Shown: positions 1 to 9,078 of the stretch, piece by piece | Layout of the letters: every line of letters begins with the position of its first letter | How positions within the stretch are numbered: position 1 is the first letter of the stretch | DNA from: Candidatus Latescibacterota bacterium | Lineage (GTDB): Bacteria; Latescibacterota; UBA2968; GCA-2709665 | Length of the DNA: 64,000 nt | Direction: 5' to 3' | Assembly (NCBI GenBank): GCA_963662665.2 | Contig: CAXXJS010000050.1 | Coordinates: 32,001 to 96,000 of the forward strand | Made by a program: the position numbers and the translations under genes | Notes under the pieces: generated by a model | Databases searched by the model: none | What the model was told of the DNA's origin: nothing | Seen by the model: the letters and a program-made list of their open reading frames with translations, nothing else

Positions 1-2
1 CC

Positions 3-1001
3 GCCCGGTGCAAAGCCTGCGGCGTTCGCTGGCGTCCGCATACCAAGGGAAACAAGACCCCGGCCATTGCGCACAAACTGCTGGACGCCGGCGCCATCGG
101 CATTACCTGCGCCAAGCTTGGTGAGGCCGAAGTCATGGCCGCGTCGGGAATCAAGGATATCCTGGTTGCCAACCAGGTCGTGGGCGAAAGAAAAATGGCC
201 CGTCTGACCCACCTGCAGCGGCATGCAGACGTTATGGTCGCCGTCGATCACCCCGTCCACGTCAACATGATATCGGAAGCGGCGCAGGCCGTCGGTGTCA
301 GCGTTCGGGTCCTTGTCGAGCTGGACGTAGGGATGGGGCGTTGCGGGGTAGGGGCGGGGAAACCCGCCCTGGAACTGGCGCAACGGGCCCATGCTGCGCC
401 CGGCGTGGTATTCTCGGGCCTGATGGGCTACGAGGGTCAGGCGATGGATCTGCCCGACGCGCGGAAGGAAGCCGCCTGCGCCGAGGCCATCGCCCATCTT
501 GCGGTATCGCGGGAGCGCATTGAGGCGTTCGGCATCGAATGCCCGATCGTCAGCGCGGGGGGAACCGGAACGCTGGCCTACACGCCGGCCTGCCCGGGCC
601 TCACCGAAATCCAGGCCGGCGGCGGCATTATGATGGACACCTTCTACGCCACGTCGCTTGGCGTCAGAGGACTGGATCATGCCCTCTCCATTCTTGCCAC
701 CGTGGTCAGCCGCCCTGCGCCGGACCGCGCCTATATCGACGCCGGTCGTAAAACCACGTCCTCCCAGTTCGGCATGCCCTGGGTCAAAAGCAGGGATGAC
801 ATCGACGTCGTCGGCCTTTCCGCGGAACACGGTTACCTGGAACTCAAGGGCGCCGACCACCCATTGAGAATCGGCGACAAGATCGAACTCATTTCCGGTT
901 ACAGCGACATGACGGTTTTCATGCACAACGAGATCTACGGCATTCGGAACGACCGGGTGGAAGCCGTGTGGGAAATCCTCGGCAGGGGTAAATTGCAATA
1001 A
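3..1001 (+). CDS. DSD1/D-threonine aldolase-like PLP-dependent enzyme (alanine racemase fold), 5'-truncated by window edge
   Basis: Frame is open from position 3 and encodes WRPHTK (PLP lysine), GITCAK, GMGRCGV, GLMGYEG, SAGGTGT and LSAEHG motifs. Confidence 0.85.
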   Translation, partial: ARCKACGVRWRPHTKGNKTPAIAHKLLDAGAIGITCAKLGEAEVMAASGIKDILVANQVVGERKMARLTHLQRHADVMVAVDHPVHVNMISEAAQAVGVSVRVLVELDVGMGRCGVGAGKPALELAQRAHAAPGVVFSGLMGYEGQAMDLPDARKEAACAEAIAHLAVSRERIEAFGIECPIVSAGGTGTLAYTPACPGLTEIQAGGGIMMDTFYATSLGVRGLDHALSILATVVSRPAPDRAYIDAGRKTTSSQFGMPWVKSRDDIDVVGLSAEHGYLELKGADHPLRIGDKIELISGYSDMTVFMHNEIYGIRNDRVEAVWEILGRGKLQ

Positions 1002-1097
1002 ACGAACAGGCGCCGCCCGGGTTCGGTGCCTCGTTGAAAGACGTTGCGCCCGCCGTGTTATCCCGGACGCCAATACGCCAATCAAGGGACAATCGAG

Positions 1098-1304
1098 ATG
1101 ACTGAGCCGCGTGTCGTGGTGGACCAGGCCGGCAACAGCGTCGCCGTCATGCTGGACATCCGCGAATACAATCGCCTCCTGGAGGCATCCGAACAGCTGG
1201 AATCCCTTCATGCACAGGAAGGTGACATGGCGTCCGGGTCGGACTACACCCCGGAAGAGAAAAAGGCGCTGGAAGACCGGCTCAAGTCTCTGGGCTATCT
1301 CTGA
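1098..1304 (+). CDS. 68-aa hypothetical protein ending in RLKSLGYL
   Basis: ATG at 1098 after AAGGGA; N-terminus resembles antitoxin-like 'AVMLDIREYNRLLE'; C-terminus resembles the RLxxLGY tail of sulfatases. Confidence 0.6.
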   Translation: MTEPRVVVDQAGNSVAVMLDIREYNRLLEASEQLESLHAQEGDMASGSDYTPEEKKALEDRLKSLGYL

Positions 1305-1354
1305 GTGTCCCTTTTTGTCCCACGTCTTCGATCCATCTCCCGTGGCGAGACCGT

Positions 1355-1942
1355 ATGAGTACCGTAGTCGATTCCGATACGATTGTGGTCGTTTCCGGCC
1401 TGCCCCGATCGGGCACTTCGATGATGATGCAGATGCTTGAAGCGGGCGGAATGGACGTCCTGTCGGACGGGCTGAGAACCGCCGACGAAGACAATCGCAA
1501 GGGGTATTTCGAATACGAGAGCGTCAAGGCGCTGAAGACGGATCAAAGCTGGCTGCCCGAGGCCGGGGGCAAGGCCGTCAAGATCATCTCCGAACTATTG
1601 AAGTACCTTCCCGATACGCATACGTACCGCATTATATTCATGCAGCGGGCAATGGAGGAAATCCTCGCCTCGCAACGGCAGATGCTGATCCGGAGGGGCG
1701 CGCCGGCAGGAGCCGGGACAGGAGACGACGGGATGGCGCGTATCTTCCGCAAACATCTGGATCAGACGGAAACCTGGCTGTCCGATCGTCCGGGCTTCCG
1801 TACCCTTTATGCGGAACATCGGCAGATTCTGGCGGATCCGGCCCGGGAGGCCGCCCGTATCAATGCGTTTCTCGACCATCGCCTCGATGAAGCGGCCATG
1901 GCCGCCGCCATAGACGCTTCTCTCTATCGCCAGCGTCGTTAG
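1355..1942 (+). CDS. Sulfotransferase family protein
   Basis: N-terminal PAPS-binding loop VVSGLPRSGTSMMMQML; NxKGYFE; IIFMQR..EILASQ. Confidence 0.85.
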   Translation: MSTVVDSDTIVVVSGLPRSGTSMMMQMLEAGGMDVLSDGLRTADEDNRKGYFEYESVKALKTDQSWLPEAGGKAVKIISELLKYLPDTHTYRIIFMQRAMEEILASQRQMLIRRGAPAGAGTGDDGMARIFRKHLDQTETWLSDRPGFRTLYAEHRQILADPAREAARINAFLDHRLDEAAMAAAIDASLYRQRR

Positions 1943-2027
1943 ATTCGCAACTACCCTGCAATAACCCATCCAGGCGGCCCGTACGGGTCGCCTTCTTCTT
2001 TCCCTGTCAATCCGCTCCACGCGGGGC

Positions 2028-2186
2028 CGGACCTACCCCCGTTCCCCCTTCCCAGGGGAAGGGGGGAACTGTCATCGGTTGATGATCTCCCGGAACTTCA
2101 CCCCCTCTCCCCCGGGAGAGGGGGCCGGGGGGAGAGGTCCCGCGCCCTCACTGAATTTGTAGGGGCGACCGGCCGGTCGCCCTCAT
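2028..2186. repeat. REP-like palindromic cluster
   Basis: Hairpins CCCCCTTCCC..GGGAAGGGGG and CCCCTCTCCC..GGGAGAGGGG, plus GTAG-type palindrome GTAGGGGCGACCGGCCGGTCGCCCT. Confidence 0.6.
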
Positions 2187-2250
2187 AATGGCGCTGATGA
2201 ACGTGATTGACGGCGCAGGGCCATTTACGTGTCCGACAGGGCGCGGTGTA

Positions 2251-2345
2251 TCCTTCTTCCTTCTTCCTTCTTCCTTCTCCCTTCTTCCTTCTTCCTTCTT
2301 CCTTCTCCCTTCTTCCTTCTCCCTTCTTCCTTCTCCCTTCTTCCT
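2251..2345. repeat. Pure-pyrimidine heptamer tandem repeat (CTTCTTC/CTTCTCC)
   Basis: About 13 consecutive 7-nt units visible in the sequence. Confidence 0.85.
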
Positions 2346-2613
2346 CATTACCGTCTTTCCCTTTGTGTCTTCGTGTCTTTGTGTGAATCGGAGTTTCGGT
2401 TTGTTCGGGCTAGCCGAATGTCGTTCATGTTCACAAGTGTGGACGAAACACAACAGGAGAGCCGTCCTATGTGAATACATATCTTATTGTTTATAAATAT
2501 CTTGTGAATTTGGCACGCTGTTTGCATATATCTGCTGGTGCAACAGTGACCACACAAAACGGAATCACGTTTGTTTGCGAAGCTTCTCTACCTTCCGGGT
2601 CTATGGAGCCTCC

Positions 2614-3978
2614 ATGAATAGCCTGCACAAATTTGGATCGGGCCTGCTTCTTTGGGTTTTCCTTAGCGGTTGCGCCACGTACACCCACAACGCCGCCAAT
2701 TTCAGGAGCAGCCTCGTCGACGGACACTACGAAACCGCGCTGCAAAGCCTGGGCAAGGCCAGGAAGGGTCCGGCGCGTCTGCTCTATCTTATGGAGAACG
2801 GTCTTATTGCGCATTACAGGGGCGAATACCGCGCGTCCAACCGTTTCTTCGAAGTTGCGGAGCGGCTCTCTGACCGGCTCTTTACACGTTCCCTGTCCCG
2901 CGAGGCGGTTTCGCTGGTTACCAACGATCAGGTACGCGCCTATCGCGGCGAGGAATTCGAACTCGCATTCATCAACTATTACAGAGCGCTCAACTACTGG
3001 TATCTGAACGAGCCGGAAGACGCCCTTGTGGAGTGCCGCAAGGCCAACCTGAAACTGGACCGCTTTGCCGCCCGCGCCGATTACGACGCCACGTACAGGA
3101 ACGATGCCTTCATTCACTATGTGACCGGCCTTATTTACGAAACCACCGGCGAACTCAACGACGCCTACGTGTCCTATAGGAACGCATTGGATGCCTACGT
3201 TACGTATCAAGAGGCATTTGGCCTGGAAGCGCCCGCGTCCCTGAGGAGAGATCTGGCGCGCGTTGAGAAAGCCCTGGGTTATACCGAGGACCCGGACGAT
3301 GGCGCCGCTGCTGCAGATTTGCGCACACCCGCCGGCGGCGAACTGGTCCTCTTCTCGGAAATCGGTTTCGTGCCCCACAAAGTTCAGGAGGAAATCAGCC
3401 TGCCCATTTACGAAGGCGACCTCAAAGCAAGAAAAAAAGGCCGCGTGGAAGGCGTCTCACGAAAAATCGCGCACCGCCACTTCAAACCCCACTATGCCGG
3501 CAAATCGAAAGTCAAATACTGGCTGCGCGTGGCCCTGCCGGCGTACGAGGACGTCGCTCCGCGTACCCGGACCATCAGGGTCAGCGCTGCCGGACGTCAG
3601 ACCACAACTGCCCTGGCGGAAGACCTCTCCGCCATCGCCTGGCAGACATTTCAGGACAAACAACCCGTGATGCTTGCGCGTACGGTCGCGCGAGGTCTTG
3701 TCAAATACGCCGCTTCTGCCAAGGCGGAAGAGAAAAACAAGGTCCTCGGCTTTTTCGTCAATCTGCTCTCCGCCGCAACCGAGGCGGCCGATACCCGAAG
3801 CTGGGTCTCGCTGCCGCACAACGTGCAGATTGGCAGGCTCGTCCTGCCTGGCGGCACTCACACCCTCACGCTGGAATCGCTCGACAGTCGGGGGCGCGTC
3901 ATAGAAGCCGCAACCATTACGGATATACGTATCCGACCGGGAACCCGCACTTTCGTGAACTACCGAACGTATAAATAG
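2614..3978 (+). CDS. COG3014-like TPR-containing lipoprotein
   Basis: Lipobox LSGC; 'YRGEEFE..YYRALNY', 'ALVECRKAN', 'EAADTRSWVSLP' typical of this family. Confidence 0.75.
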   Translation: MNSLHKFGSGLLLWVFLSGCATYTHNAANFRSSLVDGHYETALQSLGKARKGPARLLYLMENGLIAHYRGEYRASNRFFEVAERLSDRLFTRSLSREAVSLVTNDQVRAYRGEEFELAFINYYRALNYWYLNEPEDALVECRKANLKLDRFAARADYDATYRNDAFIHYVTGLIYETTGELNDAYVSYRNALDAYVTYQEAFGLEAPASLRRDLARVEKALGYTEDPDDGAAAADLRTPAGGELVLFSEIGFVPHKVQEEISLPIYEGDLKARKKGRVEGVSRKIAHRHFKPHYAGKSKVKYWLRVALPAYEDVAPRTRTIRVSAAGRQTTTALAEDLSAIAWQTFQDKQPVMLARTVARGLVKYAASAKAEEKNKVLGFFVNLLSAATEAADTRSWVSLPHNVQIGRLVLPGGTHTLTLESLDSRGRVIEAATITDIRIRPGTRTFVNYRTYK

Positions 3979-4004
3979 TCACCGCAACCGAGAGGAGGAA
4001 CACC

Positions 4005-4805
4005 ATGAAGCGGCAAATCTGGATCTGTTTGACCCTGGCCCTCGCGGGGTGGAGCCAGGGGGGATGGGCGGCTGACGTTCCCACACGGGGCGCCGTTATC
4101 AACATCGTCACCTGGGACGGCAAGAACCTGCCGCCCATATACGAACGCTCCGACCAGCTTCCGCTCACCCTGGAAGACGTCATCAATCTCAGCAGGAATG
4201 ACTTTGGTGACGAAGCGATCAGCCGGATGGTTCGCGAGCGCCGGTTTGCGGGTAACGCGTCGGCCAACGCGCTGATCGAACTAAAAAAAGCAGGCGTTTC
4301 GAAGACGGTCCTTCAGGCGATCTCGCTCCATGCGCTGCCTCCGAACCGCGCGCTGAGCCTCGCAATTCAGCTCGAATTCGCCGGCCGGTCGCGAGAAGCC
4401 CGCAAACGGTATCTCTACGTAATCATACCCGACGGCCCCACCGAACGCATCTTCACCGCGGACCTGGGCGCAGTGCTGGCGGGGACCTGGCGGCGGGACG
4501 AGCGGGTGGACCTTACCGATCCCCTCCTGCCTAAACAGGTCCGGCGCATCACGTTTGCGGACCGGGTGCCGCTGAAGACGTCCGGGTCCAAAACGATGCA
4601 GGTCTTCACGTCGACCAGACCGGATATCTTCCAGTCGTCGGATATTCCCGAGGCCGATCGTGCCGGCGTGCGCGAATTCGCCTTCGACTATCCCGCGAGT
4701 TCGCCCTTGCAGGACTGCCGGCTGCAGGTGCGCTATCGCCAGGACGTCCTGTTGCCCTACAAGTGGCACATGTCGGGCGCTCATTTCCAATGCGAATGGA
4801 ATTGA
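4005..4805 (+). CDS. Secreted hypothetical protein
   Basis: Strong RBS GAGGAGG; signal peptide; 'LIELKKAGVSKTVLQAI' helical motif; no family recognised. Confidence 0.7.
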   Translation: MKRQIWICLTLALAGWSQGGWAADVPTRGAVINIVTWDGKNLPPIYERSDQLPLTLEDVINLSRNDFGDEAISRMVRERRFAGNASANALIELKKAGVSKTVLQAISLHALPPNRALSLAIQLEFAGRSREARKRYLYVIIPDGPTERIFTADLGAVLAGTWRRDERVDLTDPLLPKQVRRITFADRVPLKTSGSKTMQVFTSTRPDIFQSSDIPEADRAGVREFAFDYPASSPLQDCRLQVRYRQDVLLPYKWHMSGAHFQCEWN

Positions 4806-4884
4806 AATCGCAACCACCCGTGGGGATCAAAACGTGAAACGGCATTGCCGCCGCACCATCCATCATACCGAAAGGAGATTCGCC

Positions 4885-5481
4885 ATGAAACCAGGAAACT
4901 GCATCGCCCTCGCCGTTGTTCTCGCGTTCGCCGTTGGCTGCGCGGGACCCAGAGTCTTCTCAAAGGGCGCGTACGAAGATCCAAACGCCATTGCACTGCT
5001 GGATGACCGATTCAGCGAAAACGATATGCAACTCATCGCGAAGAAAATGATCCAGTCCATGTCCGGCAGCAACATTGTGGGGAGCAACGGCGCGCCGGTC
5101 GTCATGATCGGAAAAATGCGCAACCGTACCGCAGAACATATAGATATGACCATGCTATCCAATAAGGTCCGCACACAGCTCATCCAGAGCGGTAGATTTC
5201 GCTTTGCCGACGTACAGAACCGCCGGGACATCGCCGAGGAGTACGAGTACCAGCAGTCCGGATACGTGGACCCGGAACAGGCCAGCGGTCCAGGCAGGCA
5301 GACGGGCGCGGAATATCTGCTCACCGGCACCCTCACGGCCAACGTTCAGCAGGTCGGAAAGGACAAGCTGATCTACTACAAGGCCACCTTCCAGCTAACC
5401 AATCTGCTCACGTCGGAAATCGCCTGGACCGACGAGAAGGAAATCCGTAAGGCCTACAAGAAACGACACGTTGGAATCTGA
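4885..5481 (+). CDS. lpoB: LpoB-like penicillin-binding protein activator lipoprotein (COG3417)
   Basis: RBS AAGGAG; lipobox AVGC; 'NRTAEHID', 'GAEYLLTG', 'IAWTDEKEIRK'. Confidence 0.75.
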   Translation: MKPGNCIALAVVLAFAVGCAGPRVFSKGAYEDPNAIALLDDRFSENDMQLIAKKMIQSMSGSNIVGSNGAPVVMIGKMRNRTAEHIDMTMLSNKVRTQLIQSGRFRFADVQNRRDIAEEYEYQQSGYVDPEQASGPGRQTGAEYLLTGTLTANVQQVGKDKLIYYKATFQLTNLLTSEIAWTDEKEIRKAYKKRHVGI

Positions 5482-5532
5482 CCGATCGGCAGACGGCAAT
5501 TCACCCAAGTCCAGTCTGAAAGGAAACCCGTC

Positions 5533-6087
5533 ATGAAAACCGCACGTTTCACTCTGATTCTCACCTGCTGCCTCGGCTTGCTTTCACTGCCGGCGGGCGC
5601 CCGGGAATCCGGACGCACCGATGGACCGGAAGGCAGCGAACTGGGCCGTGGAGGCTATCCTTTCGGCGGTCCGGAGGGACGATTCTACGTCGCCCCGTCA
5701 TTCGGTTCGGGCATCTTCGAAAGAAACGCGGACGGCAGCCGAACCGGCCTGCTCTACAGCCTGAACCTGGGTTACGAGCGTGACGGCTGGCTGGCGATAG
5801 AGGGCGGTTATGCCTATCTTTCAGATAGAGAACTGTCCATCTACAGCGTGGGTTCCCGCTTCGACTACAATGCCGACCCCTTTGTGTATTTTCTGTCGGC
5901 TCAGGCGGGACTCTACAAGCCCGCGGACGGCGAGAGCAACTTCGGACTCGCCCCCGGCGCCGGCATCGACATCATTCTCAACGACCGTATCCGAATCGGT
6001 CTGAATTACAAGCGGGACTTTATCTTTACCGACGGCAACACAACGGATATCGATCGCCTATTCGCCGGGCTGAAGTTCTACTTTTGA
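5533..6087 (+). CDS. Outer-membrane beta-barrel protein
   Basis: Signal peptide, alternating amphipathic strands, C-terminal GLKFYF beta-signal. Confidence 0.75.
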   Translation: MKTARFTLILTCCLGLLSLPAGARESGRTDGPEGSELGRGGYPFGGPEGRFYVAPSFGSGIFERNADGSRTGLLYSLNLGYERDGWLAIEGGYAYLSDRELSIYSVGSRFDYNADPFVYFLSAQAGLYKPADGESNFGLAPGAGIDIILNDRIRIGLNYKRDFIFTDGNTTDIDRLFAGLKFYF

Positions 6088-6128
6088 GCCGGAGCATCGG
6101 ACGACGCGTACGCCGCCATGCCAAAGCA

Positions 6129-6162
6129 AACGGGCTGCCCGGCTTCTTCACCGGCAGCCCGT
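6129..6162 (+). terminator. Hairpin after the lipoprotein/OMP operon
   Basis: AACGGGCTGCC...GGCAGCCCGTT inverted repeat; weak U-tract. Confidence 0.45.
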
Positions 6163-6270
6163 TACGCATGGTGCGTTTGCATTGCCACGTGTCGGCCGAT
6201 TGGTTACCTTTGAACGGCCGGGAGGATGGGGTGATGCGACGGCGGCGTTCGGCTATTGAGGCTCTTTTCC

Positions 6271-7503
6271 ATGGTCATTCGAGATCCGATCCACGGCGAC
6301 ATCCGGTTCAGCGAAGTGGAACGCCGGCTGATGGATACCCGCCAGTTCCAGCGGCTGCGGGGCATCCGCCAGACGGGCACCGCCCATCTCGTTTACCCGG
6401 GGTGTACGCATACCCGGTTCGAACACTCCCTGGGCACCGCCGCGATGGCGAGGCACATTGCAGGCGTTCTCAGAGATTCCGGGTCCAGCGTAAGTACGGA
6501 CCAGGAAACCGCGGTTGTCCTGGCGGCACTCGTCCACGACGTGTCTCATTTCCCGTTCGGCCATACGTTTGAAGACGAATGCAAGCTGTTTCCACGCCAC
6601 GATTCGGCGGACCGGATGCGATACGCGCTCTCTCAGGACGAACTGGCGAGCGCACTAGACGCATCCGGTCAGCGAGAGCAGGTGGTGGGGCTCCTGACCG
6701 ACCGCGGCTTCGATCCGCCCTGGATGCGGCAGATCGTTACCAGCACCGTCGATGCCGACCTGCTCGACTACCTCCGCCGCGACGCGTATTTCGCGGGCTT
6801 GAAGCACGATTACGACGACCGTATTCTGAGCACCTTCACCGTTGCCGACAACAAGCTCGCGATCAACCTCGAGAAACTCAGCACCCGGACGGAACTGCTG
6901 CATCTTCTCCGTCTGCGTTATTTCCTCACCGAACGCGTCTATTATCACCATGCAAAGGTCGCATCCGGCGCCATGATTGCCAAGGCGGTGGAACTGGCCG
7001 TGCAACTCGGTCTTCGGGAGGAAGACATTCGAAACCTTACCGACGGCGGGCTTCTTCGGTCTCTCATCGCGCGAAAGGACGAGCGCATCGAACGCCTGGT
7101 CCGCGGCGTGGTCTACCGCGATCTGCTGAAAAGGGCATACGTGTTGTCCACAGGAGAAATCGGACGGCGCGCCCGGGATGAACTGATCGCATCGTACAAC
7201 AGGTCCGTCGAATCGAGGCAGCGCGTCGAACGGGAAATCGCCGACGCCATCGTCGTGGAACCCGACCAGGTCATCCTGTATTGCCCCGATATTTCCTCCA
7301 TCAAGGAGGCCAGGGTCTTCACGAAAACCGGAACCGGAGTCCGGCGCCTCAACGAACCGCTCGACAGTCCACCGTTCGACGTGAAGGCGGTGGAGGACCA
7401 GTACGAACGGCTCTGGAAACTCTACGTCTTTGTGCCAGACGGCTATCAGGAACGCGCCGGCAAGATCTGTGAGCGTCTGTTCGGAGAGAAAAACGCCGTT
7501 TAG
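6271..7503 (+). CDS. HD-superfamily phosphohydrolase (SAMHD1/dNTP triphosphohydrolase-like, COG1078)
   Basis: IRDPIHG, FQRLRGIRQ, HTRFEHSLG, HDVSHFPFGH, DADLLDYLRRD, VYYHH. Confidence 0.9.
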   Translation: MVIRDPIHGDIRFSEVERRLMDTRQFQRLRGIRQTGTAHLVYPGCTHTRFEHSLGTAAMARHIAGVLRDSGSSVSTDQETAVVLAALVHDVSHFPFGHTFEDECKLFPRHDSADRMRYALSQDELASALDASGQREQVVGLLTDRGFDPPWMRQIVTSTVDADLLDYLRRDAYFAGLKHDYDDRILSTFTVADNKLAINLEKLSTRTELLHLLRLRYFLTERVYYHHAKVASGAMIAKAVELAVQLGLREEDIRNLTDGGLLRSLIARKDERIERLVRGVVYRDLLKRAYVLSTGEIGRRARDELIASYNRSVESRQRVEREIADAIVVEPDQVILYCPDISSIKEARVFTKTGTGVRRLNEPLDSPPFDVKAVEDQYERLWKLYVFVPDGYQERAGKICERLFGEKNAV

Positions 7504-7525
7504 TGCGGGATTCCAACGTTTCGTA

Positions 7526-8050
7526 TCATTTGCGGTCCTGCCGCTGGCCGGGATGTCTCACCGCGTGAAATAGCGGCAGTTCGTCGGCCATCCTGACTTC
7601 TATGCGTTTGTGACACGACGGGCAGACTGAAATCAGATTGTCCAGCCGGTTTGCCGCCGCGGCGGAAGCGAACAGCCGGACCGGTGTCTTGTGATGCACG
7701 TCAAGCTGCCGCCCCAGCGTCTCTTCGGTTACCCCGCAATTCCTGCACCGGAAGCCGTCTCGTTCTCTCGCCAGCGCGGTCTGCACCTTCCAGTTCCCAC
7801 CCCTGTATTCCGGGCGTCCAGTCAAAACCAGACGGTTCGGGTCATCCGGAAGTACCGACGTCCATGCGTCGCGGCAGGCTTTGCCGCAAAAGCGAAGTCG
7901 CACCTCTCCACGGGCAAACCAGGTCGGGACGCCGAACGGTTTCCCACACTGCTCGCAGCGGACCGCGATCTTCTGCACATCATGCGCCCGCCGGGCATCC
8001 GGGAATCGCAATTGCAACTGATTGGAGAAAACCGGAGCGCCGCTTCCCAT
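7526..8050 (-). CDS. HNH endonuclease with N-terminal CxxC/CxxxC zinc finger (start uncertain)
   Basis: CEQC..FCGKAC; RERDGFRCRNCG..LDVHH..NRLDNLISVCPSCH. Confidence 0.8.
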   Translation of the reverse strand: MGSGAPVFSNQLQLRFPDARRAHDVQKIAVRCEQCGKPFGVPTWFARGEVRLRFCGKACRDAWTSVLPDDPNRLVLTGRPEYRGGNWKVQTALARERDGFRCRNCGVTEETLGRQLDVHHKTPVRLFASAAAANRLDNLISVCPSCHKRIEVRMADELPLFHAVRHPGQRQDRK

Positions 8051-8203
8051 GTGTCCGTGCCCGAAGTTAACCCACAACACGCCAATCCATATACAAACAG
8101 CCGAGAATATGAATAACACATTGACTATAAGTGTGTTACGAAAATAAGTCAACCTCGACCTTCGCATCGTGGAAACGAGCGATCTGTAAAGCCGCGGTAA
8201 CGC

Positions 8204-8845
8204 TCAATCGCTCAGCCGGAACCGGACGGGCATCGTCATTTTCACCGCGACTGAGCGGTCGTTCTGTACCGCCGGTTCGAATTCGAATTGTGAGACCGCC
8301 TCGATCGCCGCACCCCTGAATATCTCTGGTCCCCGCACCACCCGCACGTCTCTGACGCCTCCGTCGGCGCCAACCGTGAACATCACGAACACCACCCCCT
8401 CCAGCCCGGCGCGCTTCGCCATTTCAGGATAGATTGGCATTGGGCTCCGAACCAGCGAAGGCTGCCGCTCAACCCGCCAGAATTCCACGACTTCCTCCTC
8501 AACGGGCTCGGTCTTGTGGCGCACGGGCGGTGACAGGTCCAAGGGAGCATGATCCAGGTCCAGTTCCGTCGATTCGATTGTCACATCCTCTGGCACGTCG
8601 TCGCTATCCGCTTCAACAGGCACGGCGGGTCGTTCGGGCATCGGGCGACGCATCTGCCGGGTTTCGGGGATGTGCTCGAACGTCAGCACCTCGGTCCGCC
8701 GACTTCGCGCGGAGGTGTCCATCTCGAAGGAGGGAAACATCACCGCGAGGACCAGAAGAAGCAGGAAGGAAATGCCGACGCACCGCGTCATCACTTTCGG
8801 ATACGCCAACTTCAGGTCCACGTCCGGATTCTTATTACGCAACAT
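8204..8845 (-). CDS. tonB: Energy transducer TonB
   Basis: N-terminal TM helix, Pro/acidic linker, TonB_C 'PIYPEMAKRAGLEGVVFVMFTV..FEPA'. Confidence 0.85.
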   Translation of the reverse strand: MLRNKNPDVDLKLAYPKVMTRCVGISFLLLLVLAVMFPSFEMDTSARSRRTEVLTFEHIPETRQMRRPMPERPAVPVEADSDDVPEDVTIESTELDLDHAPLDLSPPVRHKTEPVEEEVVEFWRVERQPSLVRSPMPIYPEMAKRAGLEGVVFVMFTVGADGGVRDVRVVRGPEIFRGAAIEAVSQFEFEPAVQNDRSVAVKMTMPVRFRLSD

Positions 8846-9078
8846 CGTCGGCCTCCTTTCCGGTCGTATGTGAACCCTTGCAGGTTAAGGTTCCGCTTGT
8901 CGGTTATTCCGCAGTATCGCAAACTGCCAGTTTGCGATACGTTGAAAGTCACTACGCTCTGGAATCACGTTCGGTCCGGTTACCGCGTGCCTGGAGGATT
9001 AATTGATTAATAATTCAGATCAAAAAAACGGTCGATTGTCCTCTGCGCCCGAATCTCAATCAGCGATGCCGGAAGGGT

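Noticed and set aside
2148-2557. Low-complexity ORFs (KEEGRR / LLPSSF repeats)
   Set aside because: They are translations of the heptamer tandem repeat
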